Under the pieces are notes generated by a model. It had not been told where the DNA came from, made no database searches, and saw nothing but the letters and a program-made list of their open reading frames with translations. This document shows, in pieces, positions 24,757 to 36,500 of a DNA stretch of 64,000 nucleotides (the first letter of the stretch is position 1; every line of letters begins with the position of its first letter). The position numbers and the translations under genes are program-made. Where the stretch lies: the NCBI GenBank assembly GCA_950097015.1, contig CATNEN010000001.1, forward strand, positions 13,702,001 through 13,766,000, read 5' to 3'. This DNA comes from Macrostomum hystrix (lineage: Eukaryota > Animalia > Platyhelminthes).

Positions 24757-26946
24757 GTCCTCGTGAAGGAAAGGAGTGTGGGGATGGCGATAGAGTCGGA
24801 AGTCATACCGCAAAGGCTCGCGAGTTGCCGCGGAAAGGGGGATGAAGGGAGGGATGAAGGGAGAGACAGTGGATGCAGGGAGTGGTCCTCTCGGCCTCAG
24901 GCTGGCCAGTCCCACTCAACCCATAGGCCACAGGCATGACTGCCGTGCCTACCCCAAGCAGTGCTCGAAACCGGCTAAAAGTCTAAATAGATGTCGGACT
25001 ACCCGCAGACGGATAGGACAGGGCTATGCAGCCTACTGTCATCAGTAGCATGTTCGTAACTGACTCCTAAACTTGGTAGCAGTGGTCGACTCGGCCTAGG
25101 CTCTTGTCTTAGAAATGCGGAAGGGCTATCGGCAAAGCGGAAAATGATCTAGGGTAGCGCCACCACCCAATGCGCCTACGTTGCCACCGCAGACATTTGG
25201 GAACTTGGGTCCCCGGAGCTCGCGGCTCCTAGTTTGTCACACAGATCTTAGACAAGCCGAAAAATAGAGCCTTCTGTAACTTCCGTTTTAGACTAGGGTG
25301 AAGACCCCAGAATGGATCGAGACACGCCTCACCAGGGGATTCCTGAATTTGCGCTACAGTGGTCTAGAAAGGTGGTACTCCGAACCCGAAAGAGAAATCC
25401 ATAGCCAGAGTCCTACTCATGAAACATCAGACACATTCTGTACATTAGACTGCAGCCTACACATTAGATAACTAGCAATCCGAGTCTGTGCGAGTTGAGG
25501 AAATCAGAGGCAGGAGAGATTAAGCTGAACACTGGCTGAGTGATTATGCGAGCGTAAGATTAAAAGATCATCACCCCCCACTCCCTTGGCGGTGGAAGCG
25601 AGAGGGGGAACGGAAGGGAAACTCAATTGGCAGGGGAGCTTGACACGCACTCCCAGTTCCGCCAGAAAGAGAGGAAAACCCGCCAAGGAATTCCCCACCC
25701 CTGGGCAGAAAGAAAACACGTGCTACACTCCGCATTTTACTTGCAAATCCCTAGCTCCATATTACTCTCATGCGCACTTACAATTGCCTTCCTGCCGCAG
25801 CTTTCAGCCGGCTGTGCCAGAGCCCGCCCCCTAGGCGATTAGCCACTCATGACCGAGGGCTGTCTATTGATAAAATAAAGGTAAAAAGGAGACATACTAA
25901 AAGAAGTTAAGTTGTTATAAAGTTAAGCCCAATAAGTTAAAAATGCTTAGATTAGGTAGTTTATTAGGCGAAAAAGTCCCTAGCTTCCCTCCCACTAAAT
26001 GCCGCCTAACTAATAGAAAGCCCCTTAGGAGCAATAATTGCAAACCGCTGCGCGGATTACTTATCTGGATGCTTCGGCCGCGTGCTGCAATCCCGTCGAT
26101 CTCGGGGAAGGGGATGGGGTAAAATAGCAAAAGCCGGGAAGGGAAAGATGCTGCGAGTCGGCAGGGGGCCAACACGCTTGGAGCTCAAAGGCTCAATTTA
26201 GAGCTCACCTAAGAGGTGGCTTGCGCTTAGGGAATGGGAACAGGCAATTGGCCTGCGCTAGCTGTGGAGCTATGAGCTCTAGGGTCTATGCCCTAAATGG
26301 GTCTGGGGGATAAATCCTGGGTCCGGTGGGAGTCCGGCCCGGCAAAAGTAAATCCGGCAGGGGAGAAGGGGAAGAGCCGGTGGGAGAAAAAGGGTCCTTG
26401 GTCTGTGTCGGGGGGGGTCCTAGAGGGAGCAGCGCCGCGCGCTTGCTTAAATAGGCCTTGCAGCACGCCAACCCCGACATCCATCAAAGCAACCCACATT
26501 CGCGCCAGCCTGTCATCGAGGAATTGAAGCGGCGATTGCCGCCCCAATTTCCCAATGAACCGGCGGCGGGAAACGACAGATGTTCTGCGCGAACAGCCGT
26601 CGGCAGTCAGCCAGCGATTGTTACTCCGCCGGGACAATGGAAGCGCAGGCGCCGACCTGCCTACAGTGATATTTACATGTATCTAAAGGAAGGAGGTCAT
26701 AAAAGTCGAGCTGGGCTCGAATACTGTAAAGAAGCGAGGACATGAAGAATTTTACGATCACTCATAACGCGTGAGTGAGCCCCTATATCTGATCGCGGTT
26801 TGGAGGGGAATTATGACCTAAACTAGTTCATACAGTAACATTATGGCCGCGATCAGTCATTCCTACGGGGAGTCTAGACAACTCCGGAGAGAGAGGATTC
26901 GGCAGCTACTTGATTCACCGCCGCCTCAAACCCGGCCCTAAGATTA
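24757..26946. mobile_element. Unclassified ~2.2-kb non-coding insertion (possibly a solo LTR)
   Basis: GC-richer block flanked by direct repeat ATGATCT (24750-24756, 26947-26953). No long ORF and no TIR. Confidence 0.4.
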
Positions 26947-27069
26947 ATGATCTTGTTTTGTGACCAGCTGCTATGTGGGTCGCAATTATTAGTTACTTAA
27001 AAATTGAAAAATTATGCTGGCTCACACTCCCACTCGATTCCCGCAGCACACTCCACATCAGAGTGCTAG

Positions 27070-29640
27070 GTGTGTAAGGAAAAGTTTCCTGGAAAATATT
27101 ATAGCATCGATTCTGAAGACATGTGCGATCGTTGTTTTAAAGATGACAATGAGCCGAAATCGTTTAGCCAAGAAAACAATGCGATTCCGATGTTGGAGCA
27201 GCCAGAAGAGTTGCAAGATTTGAGTGTAGCAGAGCAAATGTTGATTTCGCCAGTTTTGTCGGTTATTGTTGTGGCACAAATTTTTCCGCAAAAGCAAACA
27301 AAATCGAGAGGACACGGAATCATGTTCCCTTAAGATCAGTCGCACGTTTTGCAAGAGCTGCCAAGACGATCCTGCCAGTTGTTTTAATGTACGACGAAAG
27401 AGCCCGTGTCCAGCCTGGAGAAGCGCAAAGTGGCTATTTGCACAATGAACTATTTGCGAGTTCGACGCGACAAAGTGACTAATGCGATGCGCCATTTAAT
27501 GGCAAATAACAAGTACTTTAGACAGTATCAAGTTTCAATGAATCATGATGCGTTGCTACAGCTGCCTGAAGATGGTTTGCTCATCAAATAGAATGTATGA
27601 TTGTCGAGATGCAGTCTGACAATGAAGTCAATTTCGAGGCGGCACAACAAAAAGGCGGTTCAAGGAGACGAGACGAACGAGCTGGAGGAAACAATTTGTT
27701 CGCTGTTGGAGACTCCTTTGCACCGATTGGAATCGGCAGTACGAGACAAATTTCTGAGTGAAAAATTGAAATGGCCAGCAAGAATCAACGAGCCAGTAAA
27801 CGAATTTCAGGAAGAAGGATATTTTAGATTGGCTTATCCTCATCTCTTTCCAGATGGAGCAGGAGATTAAAGTACGCCACGCAATTTTTGACTAAGTTGT
27901 GGCGACTATGCAAAGCATTTGATGCAATTCCGGTGTCCAAGATTTCGTACCGATTTGCGGTTTAAATTTTACATTGAAAATATGGTGATGCGTTGGAGAG
28001 CGCTGCAAGTTGGTCGCGTGTTTGTGCACGACAACAAGTATGCTAGATTAAGTGCCAAGGAAATTGTTGTGCCGCGAATTACCGAGGAAATTACCGACTC
28101 TTTTAGAATTGCAACGAGATGAGAAGCTTTTGTATATTTCTATCGGCGATGACCGGCCGCGAGTTAATATATAGCGAACAGGGAAGAGTGGTGAAAGGAA
28201 CATAGACAGACAAAAACGGACTAAAACGAGTAAGATAAAAGTGCAATAAACAAATTGTGATGCAAAACAAGCACGTTAAAGTTCATCGGGTCATTCCATA
28301 GAGTTAAGGTTAAACGCCACCTCATCTTCCCCCTTCGAATCGAATCGGCGGGATGCCTCGGTTAGCACGAACTGGGTAGCGGGGCTCTGGTCTCTCGTTT
28401 GGCTCGCCGATCACGCTCTGATGGTCATGAAGGAGGTCGCCCGGCTGATTTTCGAAGGCTGTTCAGTTTGCTGCTGCTCGTTAGGCCGGTGCGGTGCGGA
28501 CTCATCAAGCGGGTGCTGTCCTGGGTCAGTTGGCTGCCCCTCGATAACAGGGCTGAGCTGGTCAGCGTGAGCTAGTGTGACCTGGCCTCCTTGCCGCGCG
28601 ATCAGTGCTGTGTTGGTGCCCTTCTGGGCAACGAACTCGGCTCGCTCTTGGACCTGCTTGCCGCCGGGCGTATACCAAACGCTCGCTCCGATTGGCGTCT
28701 GCATGGAAATCGGGTTGCGTAGCTGCCGTCCCATGAGCTGCGCCGGGCTCTGCAGCCGGCCTGCGTGCGGTACGCACCTATAGTTCAAGAGCAGCCGGGA
28801 CAGGAATGAGTCATACGTTTCCGACTGCTGGTCCCACGCTTTCGATGCTCTCTTGATGGATTGCACCATCCGCTCTGCTAACCCGTTTGATTGCGGATGC
28901 CGCGGCGGCGTCTTCAGGGCTCGACAGCCGATTCTCTCTAGCCAGGTGAGGAGATTCGCGTCGTGGAACTCGGCAGCGCAACTCGGTTCTCGCAAAGACA
29001 GACTGCAATACTCGCTTAACGGTTGCCGCGTCTCGGTTCGGCACCCGCACAGCCTCTGGCCAGCCAGACATCGCGTCGACCAGAATGAGCAGTAGTCCGA
29101 CATTCGGCACACTCGCGTGGTCCATATGCACTCTGTGCCAGGGCTCCTGCTCCTCCGGCCACCGGTGGACAGTCGCTGTGCCTTTTGGTTTCCCCGCGCA
29201 GGTTCGAATCCTGCTTGCGACGCCATTGTTGTGCCGCGAATTACCGAGGAAAGTGGACTCTTTTAGAATTGCAACGAGATGAGAAGCTTTTGTATATTTC
29301 TATCGGCGATGACCGGCCGCGAGTTAGTATATAGCGAACAGGGGAGAGTGGCGGAAGGAACATAGACATGGACTAAAACGGACTAAAACGAGTAAGATAA
29401 AAGTGCAATAAACTAATTGTGATGCCAATCAAGCACGTTAAAGTTCATCGGGTCATTCCATAGAGTTAAGGTTAAACGCCACCTCAGAAATGATTTAAGC
29501 ACTAAATGACCCGGCAGTATTGGCTAGTGTGTCAGTTCGAGCATCGGATTTGCGAGGCACAAGCGCTTATTGTCAGAGTAAAGGACGGCAATTGGAAGCC
29601 ATGATTCGAACGCTTGGTGTTTCTCATTTTTTACCATGTT
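27070..29640 (+). pseudogene. Helitron Rep/helicase N-terminal remnant (Zn-binding, DUF6570-like and Helitron-like N regions)
   Basis: CKEKF...CDRC...FSQENN..P..ELQDLSVAEQMLISPV; LRVRRDKV..A...L..NN.YF; PVNEFQEEGYFRLAYPHLFPDGAGD; LRGTSAY...LEAMIRTLG. Multiple stops and frameshifts; split by an LTR element. Confidence 0.85.
28065..29486 (-). mobile_element. Internally deleted Ty3/gypsy element retaining only an integrase remnant
   Basis: 260-bp LTRs 28065-28324 and 29227-29486 with a few differences, 5-bp TSD GAAAT, tRNA-Ser-like PBS, PPT GAAGGGGGAAGA, and PWHRVHMDHA...LVDAMSGWPEA / PPRHPQSNGLAERMVQSIK integrase motifs. Confidence 0.92.
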
Positions 29641-29824
29641 CAAATGATTTTGTTCCTAAAATGTTGAAAGGGGGGGTCTGGTCAAGGCAAAGGGGTGTCT
29701 GGTCCAGCCAAGCCCCAGCCAAGGCCCCAGCAAGACCAAAACGGACCTCTGTTGTACGTGTATTCTAAATCGGTGCGAGTTTTCCCCAGAGACGACGACC
29801 CTAATTGGGATAGCCTTTATAAAA

Positions 29825-29879
29825 TGTTCTATATTTAGAAATACACTACGGAGATCAAAAAAAAGGTCATTCGGCTTTT
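29825..29879 (+). repeat. Left terminal direct repeat of the 20-kb element
   Basis: TGTTCTATATTTAGAAATACACTACGGAGATCAAAAAAAAGGTCATTCGGCTTTT, 53/55 identical to 49905-49959. Confidence 0.85.
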
Positions 29880-30114
29880 ACAGCCATAGACGTGTGCAAG
29901 AAATACACTAAGGAGATAAAAAATGTCTTTTCAGCTACGCATGCGCCTGCTGTAAGTAGTAGCTATAGCAGTGCAGAAACTGGCTAGTCAGTGAGTTGCA
30001 GCTAGAAGAAGCTGCAAATTTGGATTTCGGCTTTGGTTTTTGGCTTTGGATGCTTCAGTTTCTTCGAACTGATCTCAACTGAAAAGCACTCTGGTACCAT
30101 TTATTGACATGTAA

Positions 30115-30755
30115 CTTTCGCGAAAACATAGTTGGCGGATAGTGAAAGCGAGGGATAGTGAAGAGAGGATCAAATCGAAGGAAGGGGAGGAAAGCAAAAG
30201 TAGGTTGACTGCACAGATTGTAGATTTGTACTGATGTGTTACTTTCGCGAAAAATTATTTGGAGGATAGTATACAGGAGGAAAGTGAAAGCGAGGGAGAG
30301 TGAAGAGAGGATCAGGATCATCAGATCCTGAATCAGAATCCAGAATCCTGAATCCAGAATCATCAGATTAAAGGAAGGGGATCAGGAAAGCGAAGGTATA
30401 GGGGAGGAAGCTAGGACAGAGTGAAGGGAGGATATGCAGAGAGTCAGACACCACCACCTACCCAACCACCTGCACTCTGCATCCACCCACCCAAATTCGT
30501 ACGACTGATTCATTGTAATTATTAATTCATTGTACTGATCGATGTCTTACTTTCGAGAAAACATATTTGGAGGATAGTACAGGAGGAAAGTGAAAGCGAG
30601 GGAGAGTGAAGAGAGGATCATCAGATTAAAGGAAGGGGTTCAGGAAAGCGAAGGTATAGGGGAGGAAGCTAGGACAGAGTGAAGGGAGGATATGAGAGTG
30701 AGACACCATGCACCACCTACCCAACCTGCACCTGCACTCTGCATCCACCCACCCA
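30115..30755 (+). repeat. Three degenerate purine-rich direct repeats
   Basis: TTTCG(C/A)GAAAA...GGATAGT...GAAAGCGAGGGA(T/G)AGTGAAGAGAGGATCA at ~30115, ~30242 and ~30549. 30369-30493 is repeated at ~30626-30755. Confidence 0.75.
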
Positions 30756-30917
30756 ACACCACACACCACACCACACCACACACCACACACCACACCACAC
30801 ACCACACCACACCACACCACACACCACACCACACCACACCACACACCACACCACACCACACACCACCCACCCAACACCACACACCACACCACACCACACA
30901 CCACACCACACCACACC
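30756..30917 (+). repeat. (CACCA/CACACCA)n microsatellite
   Basis: Visible simple repeat. Confidence 0.95.
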
Positions 30918-30937
30918 CTGCAGCAGAACTCCAATTA

Positions 30938-31530
30938 TAAGAGTTTATGGACTTAGAGAATTTACAATCAGTAAATTCTCGACCGTCCCAAGGCTTAAAT
31001 AGTGTGGTGAGATTGGGGCGGGATAGAACGAGCCAGTTAGTATATACTCTAAAGAAAGGTGCGCGCTGTACACTTTCGCTGGAGGCAATATGACGGAGAT
31101 TATATCTAGATCGGGCTTGATGACGACTAGTTACTATAATAGATGACCGAAAATGCATGGTGTTTCTATTTTTAGCTTTAGGCGCACCTTTCTTAAGAGT
31201 ATATACTGGCTTGCGTGCCCCATAGACTTCAATAGGCTGCCATTTAAATACACACGAGCCAGCTTGTATATATATACTCTTAAGAAAGGTGCGCCGTAGG
31301 CTAAAAATAGAATCGAATCGCCCGGGGTTTAGCCAGCCCGGCTATATACTAGCCCCCATATGCCGACGACGACGACGAAGTCAAGTTGCGAAAAAACAGC
31401 TCGCGCACCTTTCTTTAGAGTATATATATAATACCTGCATTTACTCCACCAGCCACACAAACTAAGCTCTGGGGACGGTCGAAAATTTTATCACTGACAT
31501 GATAAAATTCTCTAAGTCCGTAAACTCTAG
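30938..31530. repeat. ~590-bp imperfect palindrome with four alternating TATATACTCT(A/T)AAGAAAGGTGCGC boxes
   Basis: 30939-31000 pairs with ~31460-31530, ~31041-31066 with ~31401-31426, and 31163-31217 with 31253-31312. Centre near 31235. Confidence 0.85.
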
Positions 31531-31895
31531 TTTATACGTATAGACCGAGTGGGCAAGCAGCATCGGCTGCCTGAATCACATATCCGTACATATATGTGAT
31601 GGATGTCGATTCGAAAACTGACTTGGCTGTGAATAGACTCAAATGCTGGTATTTTCGCGAAAAGTGTATTTATTTTCGCAAAAATACTGATATGTTTCCA
31701 AAACAAAGGTAAGGGTAGTATTTTTGCAAAACGTTCCTGAACTACTCTCTATATTCGCTGAATAAAAATTATCAGTCTGTTAGAAAAAAAATTGTATTAG
31801 TGGTCAAGATTTCACCATTTGCAGACAAACGTCATTAAAACTCGAACATGCGAAATAAAATAAATATAAATAGCCAGATAACACACTATTTGATT

Positions 31896-31981
31896 GTTAG
31901 TGATCTGGCGTGCAGGTCTAAGGCATTTCTCTCTAATACCAGTGGCTCGGGTTCGAATCCCGGTCAGCCTTACGCTTTTTT
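31896..31981 (+). ncRNA. tRNA-like (Pol III type 2) unit, copy 1
   Basis: A-box-like TGGCGTGCAGGTCTAAGGC, T-arm CGGGTTCGAATCCCG, oligo-T terminator, upstream TATAAATA. Anticodon arm is not canonical. Confidence 0.55.
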
Positions 31982-32164
31982 GTTATTAAAAAAACAGCTA
32001 ACATTTTACTATCAATGAAAATAAATCTTTACTAGAAATCTATTTTTTTATATTCGAATCCCCACTATTTGTGGATCCCCATTATTATTAACGTACTTTT
32101 GCTCGAATACGCCAGTTAAGAAAAGAAAAGCAATATAAATAGCCAGACAACACACACTTTAATT

Positions 32165-32250
32165 GTTAGTGAACTGGCATGCAGGTCTAATGCATTGTCG
32201 CTAGTACAAGTGGCTCGGGTTCGAATCCCATTCACCCAACGCATTTTTTT
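32165..32250 (+). ncRNA. tRNA-like unit, copy 2
   Basis: Same A/B boxes (TGGCATGCAGGTCTAA; GGGTTCGAATCCC). Ends GTTAGTGAA/TTCACCCAAC can pair. Oligo-T follows. Confidence 0.55.
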
Positions 32251-32718
32251 ATTTAAAAAAAATGGGCAACATTATACTAGAAATGAAAAAATATTTTTAC
32301 TAGGAATCTGTTTTTTTATATTGGAATCCACACTTTTTGTGTGGATCCCCATTATTATTAATGTTTACTTACTACTGCAATATTACTTATAGTAGGGCCG
32401 ATTGCACCTGAAGTAGTAAAGTATACTGCGAAAGTAATTGAATTAACATGGCTAGTCTATATACTTGTAATGGTTTTTTCGCGAAATAGCCATAGAAATT
32501 TTATCTATTAGTATTTGCGAATTGGGGATTGCAATACACACGAGTGAATTTTCGCGAAAAAAAAGTTTTGTCTGTAGTCAAACCTAGAACTACAGTTGAG
32601 TACAGTCGCAAAAGTGACCTATGTAAGACTGAGCGCGCTTAACATCTACTTTGTGACCGACTGACTGACCGACCGAGTAATTACGAGTTAATTCCTACGC
32701 CTCGACTTGAATTTTGAA

Positions 32719-35434
32719 ATGTCAGCATTTCGTGGCCGTGGAAAGAAGGCTCGTGTGGATGCCAGCATTGCTACACCGGATGCTAATGGTCTACGCCAGA
32801 CTATGATCGTGGATTACTTTAGATCTCAGCAGTCAACCGATCGTCCTACTGGCGCAGCATCTAGACCGAGTGTGCAAGCATCATCGGCATCATTTACAGC
32901 AATGGCAGGAACGGCTGGTCGGGCATCGGCTGCCTTCACTGTTCCCCGCCTTGCAGTAATACAGCAGCAGCAGCAGTCGAAACAGCAGCAGCAGCAGCAG
33001 CAGCCGAAGCAGCAGCAGCCGAAGCAGACTGTCCCATCGAGTGCAATTCGGAAGCGTCGATATGCCCGATCGACTCTACGCAAGCGGACGCGTACAGTTG
33101 TCGATTTGGATGCTTCGTCTAGCAATTCATCGTCGTCTGATGCTGAAGACACTGGCGTTGGATCTCTAGTAGCCATGCGACAGCCTCTGGTTATTGTTGC
33201 CCAACCAATTTGTGGCGCCGGCGACCATGCTGATCGCATAGAGTCCACGCCTAAAGTGCTATCATCTGAAGATGACTCAGCGGACGACTTGCTAGCAGAC
33301 GACGTACAGCTGGAGATTGTGGACGAGTGGACGAGCAATACAGACAATGTAGAGTCTAATACTGCCCCTGTTTTGACGGCCTCTAATAGTTCAGCCTTGT
33401 CATCGCAGCTAGTCGATGATAAGTACAAAACAGAGGTGGCAGAATTATTGCGCGTTAATGGCGAGTCGACTATTCCTAAAAATAGTGCCGCACTTGGTGC
33501 CTGTCCGACTTCGCCAGATTATGCGCCTCGCTCTACACCGGCAATGTCTGTCATCGAGAATGGGACAACATCCGATGCTGATGAACCAGTTCGCGCTGTA
33601 TTCTCTCCAGCGTATGTCGACGCTTCTCAACCAAAAGCGCAACAGTCGGGACGACTGCAGCAATCGCAGCAGCAGCAGCAGCATCAACAGCGAGAGCAAC
33701 AACCGCAGCAACAGCCGCAGCAGCAGCAGTGGCGGCAGCCGCTGCGGCAGCAGATACAACGGCGTGAACGGCAGCAGCAAGAAGTTGGTGGCGTGGCATT
33801 TGCTCCGATAGCCGATGAATATGCGTTGTGTCGTTCGACATCACCACTTCTACGGCTATGTCCTCGAGCTCCAATTACCGACTACGCCTCTTTAACAGCA
33901 GAGGGCAGGTCGGTTCTTATGACTAGAAGGACGCTACATCTTATAGAGATTGCATTCATCTCGAGCGATGTGGAAAAATTCAAGGCGTTTCTAGAAGATG
34001 AATTGGTAGCTCCATGTGCACAGTTTGCCATCGGCGCAACATCATGTATTCAGGTTGACATGCTGACCAGCGAAGAAATCCGAGCGCGTCGTCAGCAGAA
34101 ATACAACATGTCAATCCGTGAATGTTTAGGAGCTCCGAATCATCCCAATGGTTTGCTGATGTTCCTGAACCTGCGCCAACCAGAAGATGGTTACACTGTT
34201 TACTGCGGACTGCATGCCCTTTTGATGGAATCTGCGGAAGCTTCGGCCTACCTGCATCCTACAATGTGTAGAATGACAGTGTCTGGTGTACGCAGTGCGT
34301 CAAGTGCAATTAAGCTTGTTACCAGTACGGACGAGTTTCCAGCTCTTTTCCGCGTTTCTACTCAAGAGTGCAGCTTGCTGACCAAGGCCTTTTGCTGGGT
34401 TGCTGCTCATGAGACGTCATCTACTGAGCCTTTGCTAGATAGTGGCTTCATGTTCGAACACTTTCGTGTCAGACAAGAGCTCAGCGATTACTTTAAGGTG
34501 ACTCAGATGAAACGCGTAATAGCAACAGAGGTGCTAGCTGGTTGCCAAAACTGTCGCCCTACTGCCGCTGCCGCCGCCGCCGCTGCTGATGATGCTGCAA
34601 CAGCCGACTATGCGAGGACGACCTTGCCTACTCAGCTGGAGGTATGCAAAATATTATAATACATGACATTTTTTAGCACACGTACGAGTATTGATCATTG
34701 AATTTTTGCTGTTGTTTTAATTCAAATAATTATTACTTTTGGACAATTAATTAATTAATTGTATGCGAACCTACCTAACAACACAACAGGTCTCTGCTGC
34801 TGCTGCTGATGTTGCTGCTTCCGCTGCTACTGCTGTTCAAGTATTTGATGCCGCCGTCGCTCATGTTCCCCGGTTGATCGCCGCCGCCACCAACGTGTGC
34901 CCAACTGTAAAGGCTGTGTGCAGCGCGTTGCAATTGCCAACTGGTGTCGTCTATCTATACGGCCCGTCTGGCGTTGGGAAGACCCACTCTGTGCAAAGCC
35001 ATCTCGGTTCTACGAAAGTGCTGAATATCCAGGTGCAGAAGCGGTCTAACACGTTTATGTTTGACAAGCTCTGCGAGACTATACACACTGCCATGTTTAT
35101 TGACGAGCTACGCCCGCAACTGTTTGATGACACATCTGAAGTCATGTGCACACTACTTCGTTTGGTCAATGGAGACACTTTTGAAGTCAATGCTAAATAC
35201 AAGGCTATTCGACACGTCTCTTGGCTCAATCGACTGTTAGTGCTTGCTGGGCATGCTCCGGTCAGTGCGTATTCGATGGACTTTCAGCGCCGATTAGAAC
35301 CGACACCTGATGGGCACAAGCGTCCGGTAGTTGCCATCTTCATTGGTCATTCCCTCAGTGCCGACTACCAATGCGATGGACAATGCCACCCAATACGCAA
35401 TGTGTTTGGCGATCACCCGGACCGGCGAGTATGA
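32719..35434 (+). CDS. Rep-like/superfamily 3 helicase protein, 2 exons (32719-34641, 34790-35434), ~855 aa
   Basis: Phase-0 GT-AG intron joins the two ORFs in frame. Walker A GPSGVGKT, Walker B MFIDE, B'-like LLRLVNGDTFEVNAKYK, motif C position LVLAGH, Arg finger FQRRL. Low-complexity Q/S-rich N-terminus. Confidence 0.8.
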
Positions 35435-35814
35435 GCGACAAGACGGTGCTGTTAGCAGGTTTTTTTTACACCAAACTGCCTGCATGCTGCTATTTTATCG
35501 ACTATATTTTTACTCGGTCATTTAGTCAGTCAGTCTTTCAGCTGTTTTTTTATATTTTTTACTGTTTCATACTGTTTTTGTATGCAATTTTATAATTAGT
35601 CATACAAATAAAATCAATTTATATGCTCAGTTTTGAGCTTTTATTGTTGTGAAGTAGGTAATTGCTACTTCTGTTGCAAAAAAATCATATTTCTTATTAC
35701 TATATATAGTATTACGCATTCAAACGAAGGTATATGCAAAGTGTCAAAGTATTAATTAATAAAATTCATTTACAGGTGTTATCGCGAAAATAAAATAACG
35801 ACTTTTATCCGAAA

Positions 35815-36500
35815 GTAAATAGCGGTATTTTTGCAAAAGTTATTAAAGTCGTGTGAATGGCTACATCTTAAGGTATTTTCGCGAAAAGACTGCTATCCTA
35901 TTAAACGCAGGTAGTAAAGGTAGTTTGCGGCTGTGACCTGGAAAAGTTATTAAAGTAGTGTGCATGGCTACATCTTAAGGTATTTTCGCGAAAAGACTGC
36001 TATGCTATTAAACAAAGGTAGTTGGCGGTATTTTTGCAAAAGTTATTAAAGTAGGTTATATGCGTGGCTATATGTTAAGGTATTTTCGCGAAAAGACTGC
36101 TATGCTATTAAACAAAGGTAGTTGGCGGTATTTTTGCAAAAGTTATTAAAGTAGGTTATATGCGTGGCTATATGTTAAGGTATTTTCGCGAAAATACTGC
36201 TATGCTATTAAACGCAGGTAGTAAAGGTAGTTTGCGGTATTTTTGCAAAAGTTATTAAAGTAGTGTGCATGGCTACATCTTAAGGTATTTTCGCGAAAAT
36301 ACTGCTATGCTATTAAACAAAGGTAGTTGGCGGTATTTTTGCAAAAGTTATTAATGTAGGTTATATGCGTGGCTATATCTTATGGTATTTTCGCGAAAAT
36401 ACTGCTATGCTATTAAACAAAGGTAGTTGGCGGTATTTTTGCAAAAGTTCTTGAAGTTGTGTGCGTGGCTATATCTTAAGGTATTTTCGCGAAAATACAT
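35815..36500 (+). repeat. Tandem array of ~100-bp units with palindromes GTATTTTCGCGAAAATAC and TTTTGCAAAA
   Basis: About seven consecutive units visible. Confidence 0.93.

Noticed and set aside
29187-29225. tRNA-Ser gene
   Set aside because: Only the 3' portion, with encoded CCA, adjacent to an LTR: it is a PBS.
30626-31158. His/Thr/Pro- and Val/Trp/Cys-rich ORFs
   Set aside because: Translations of the CACCA microsatellite.
31896-32250. Canonical tRNA genes
   Set aside because: A/B boxes and T-arm are present, but no consistent anticodon stem-loop, so they are reported as tRNA-like only.
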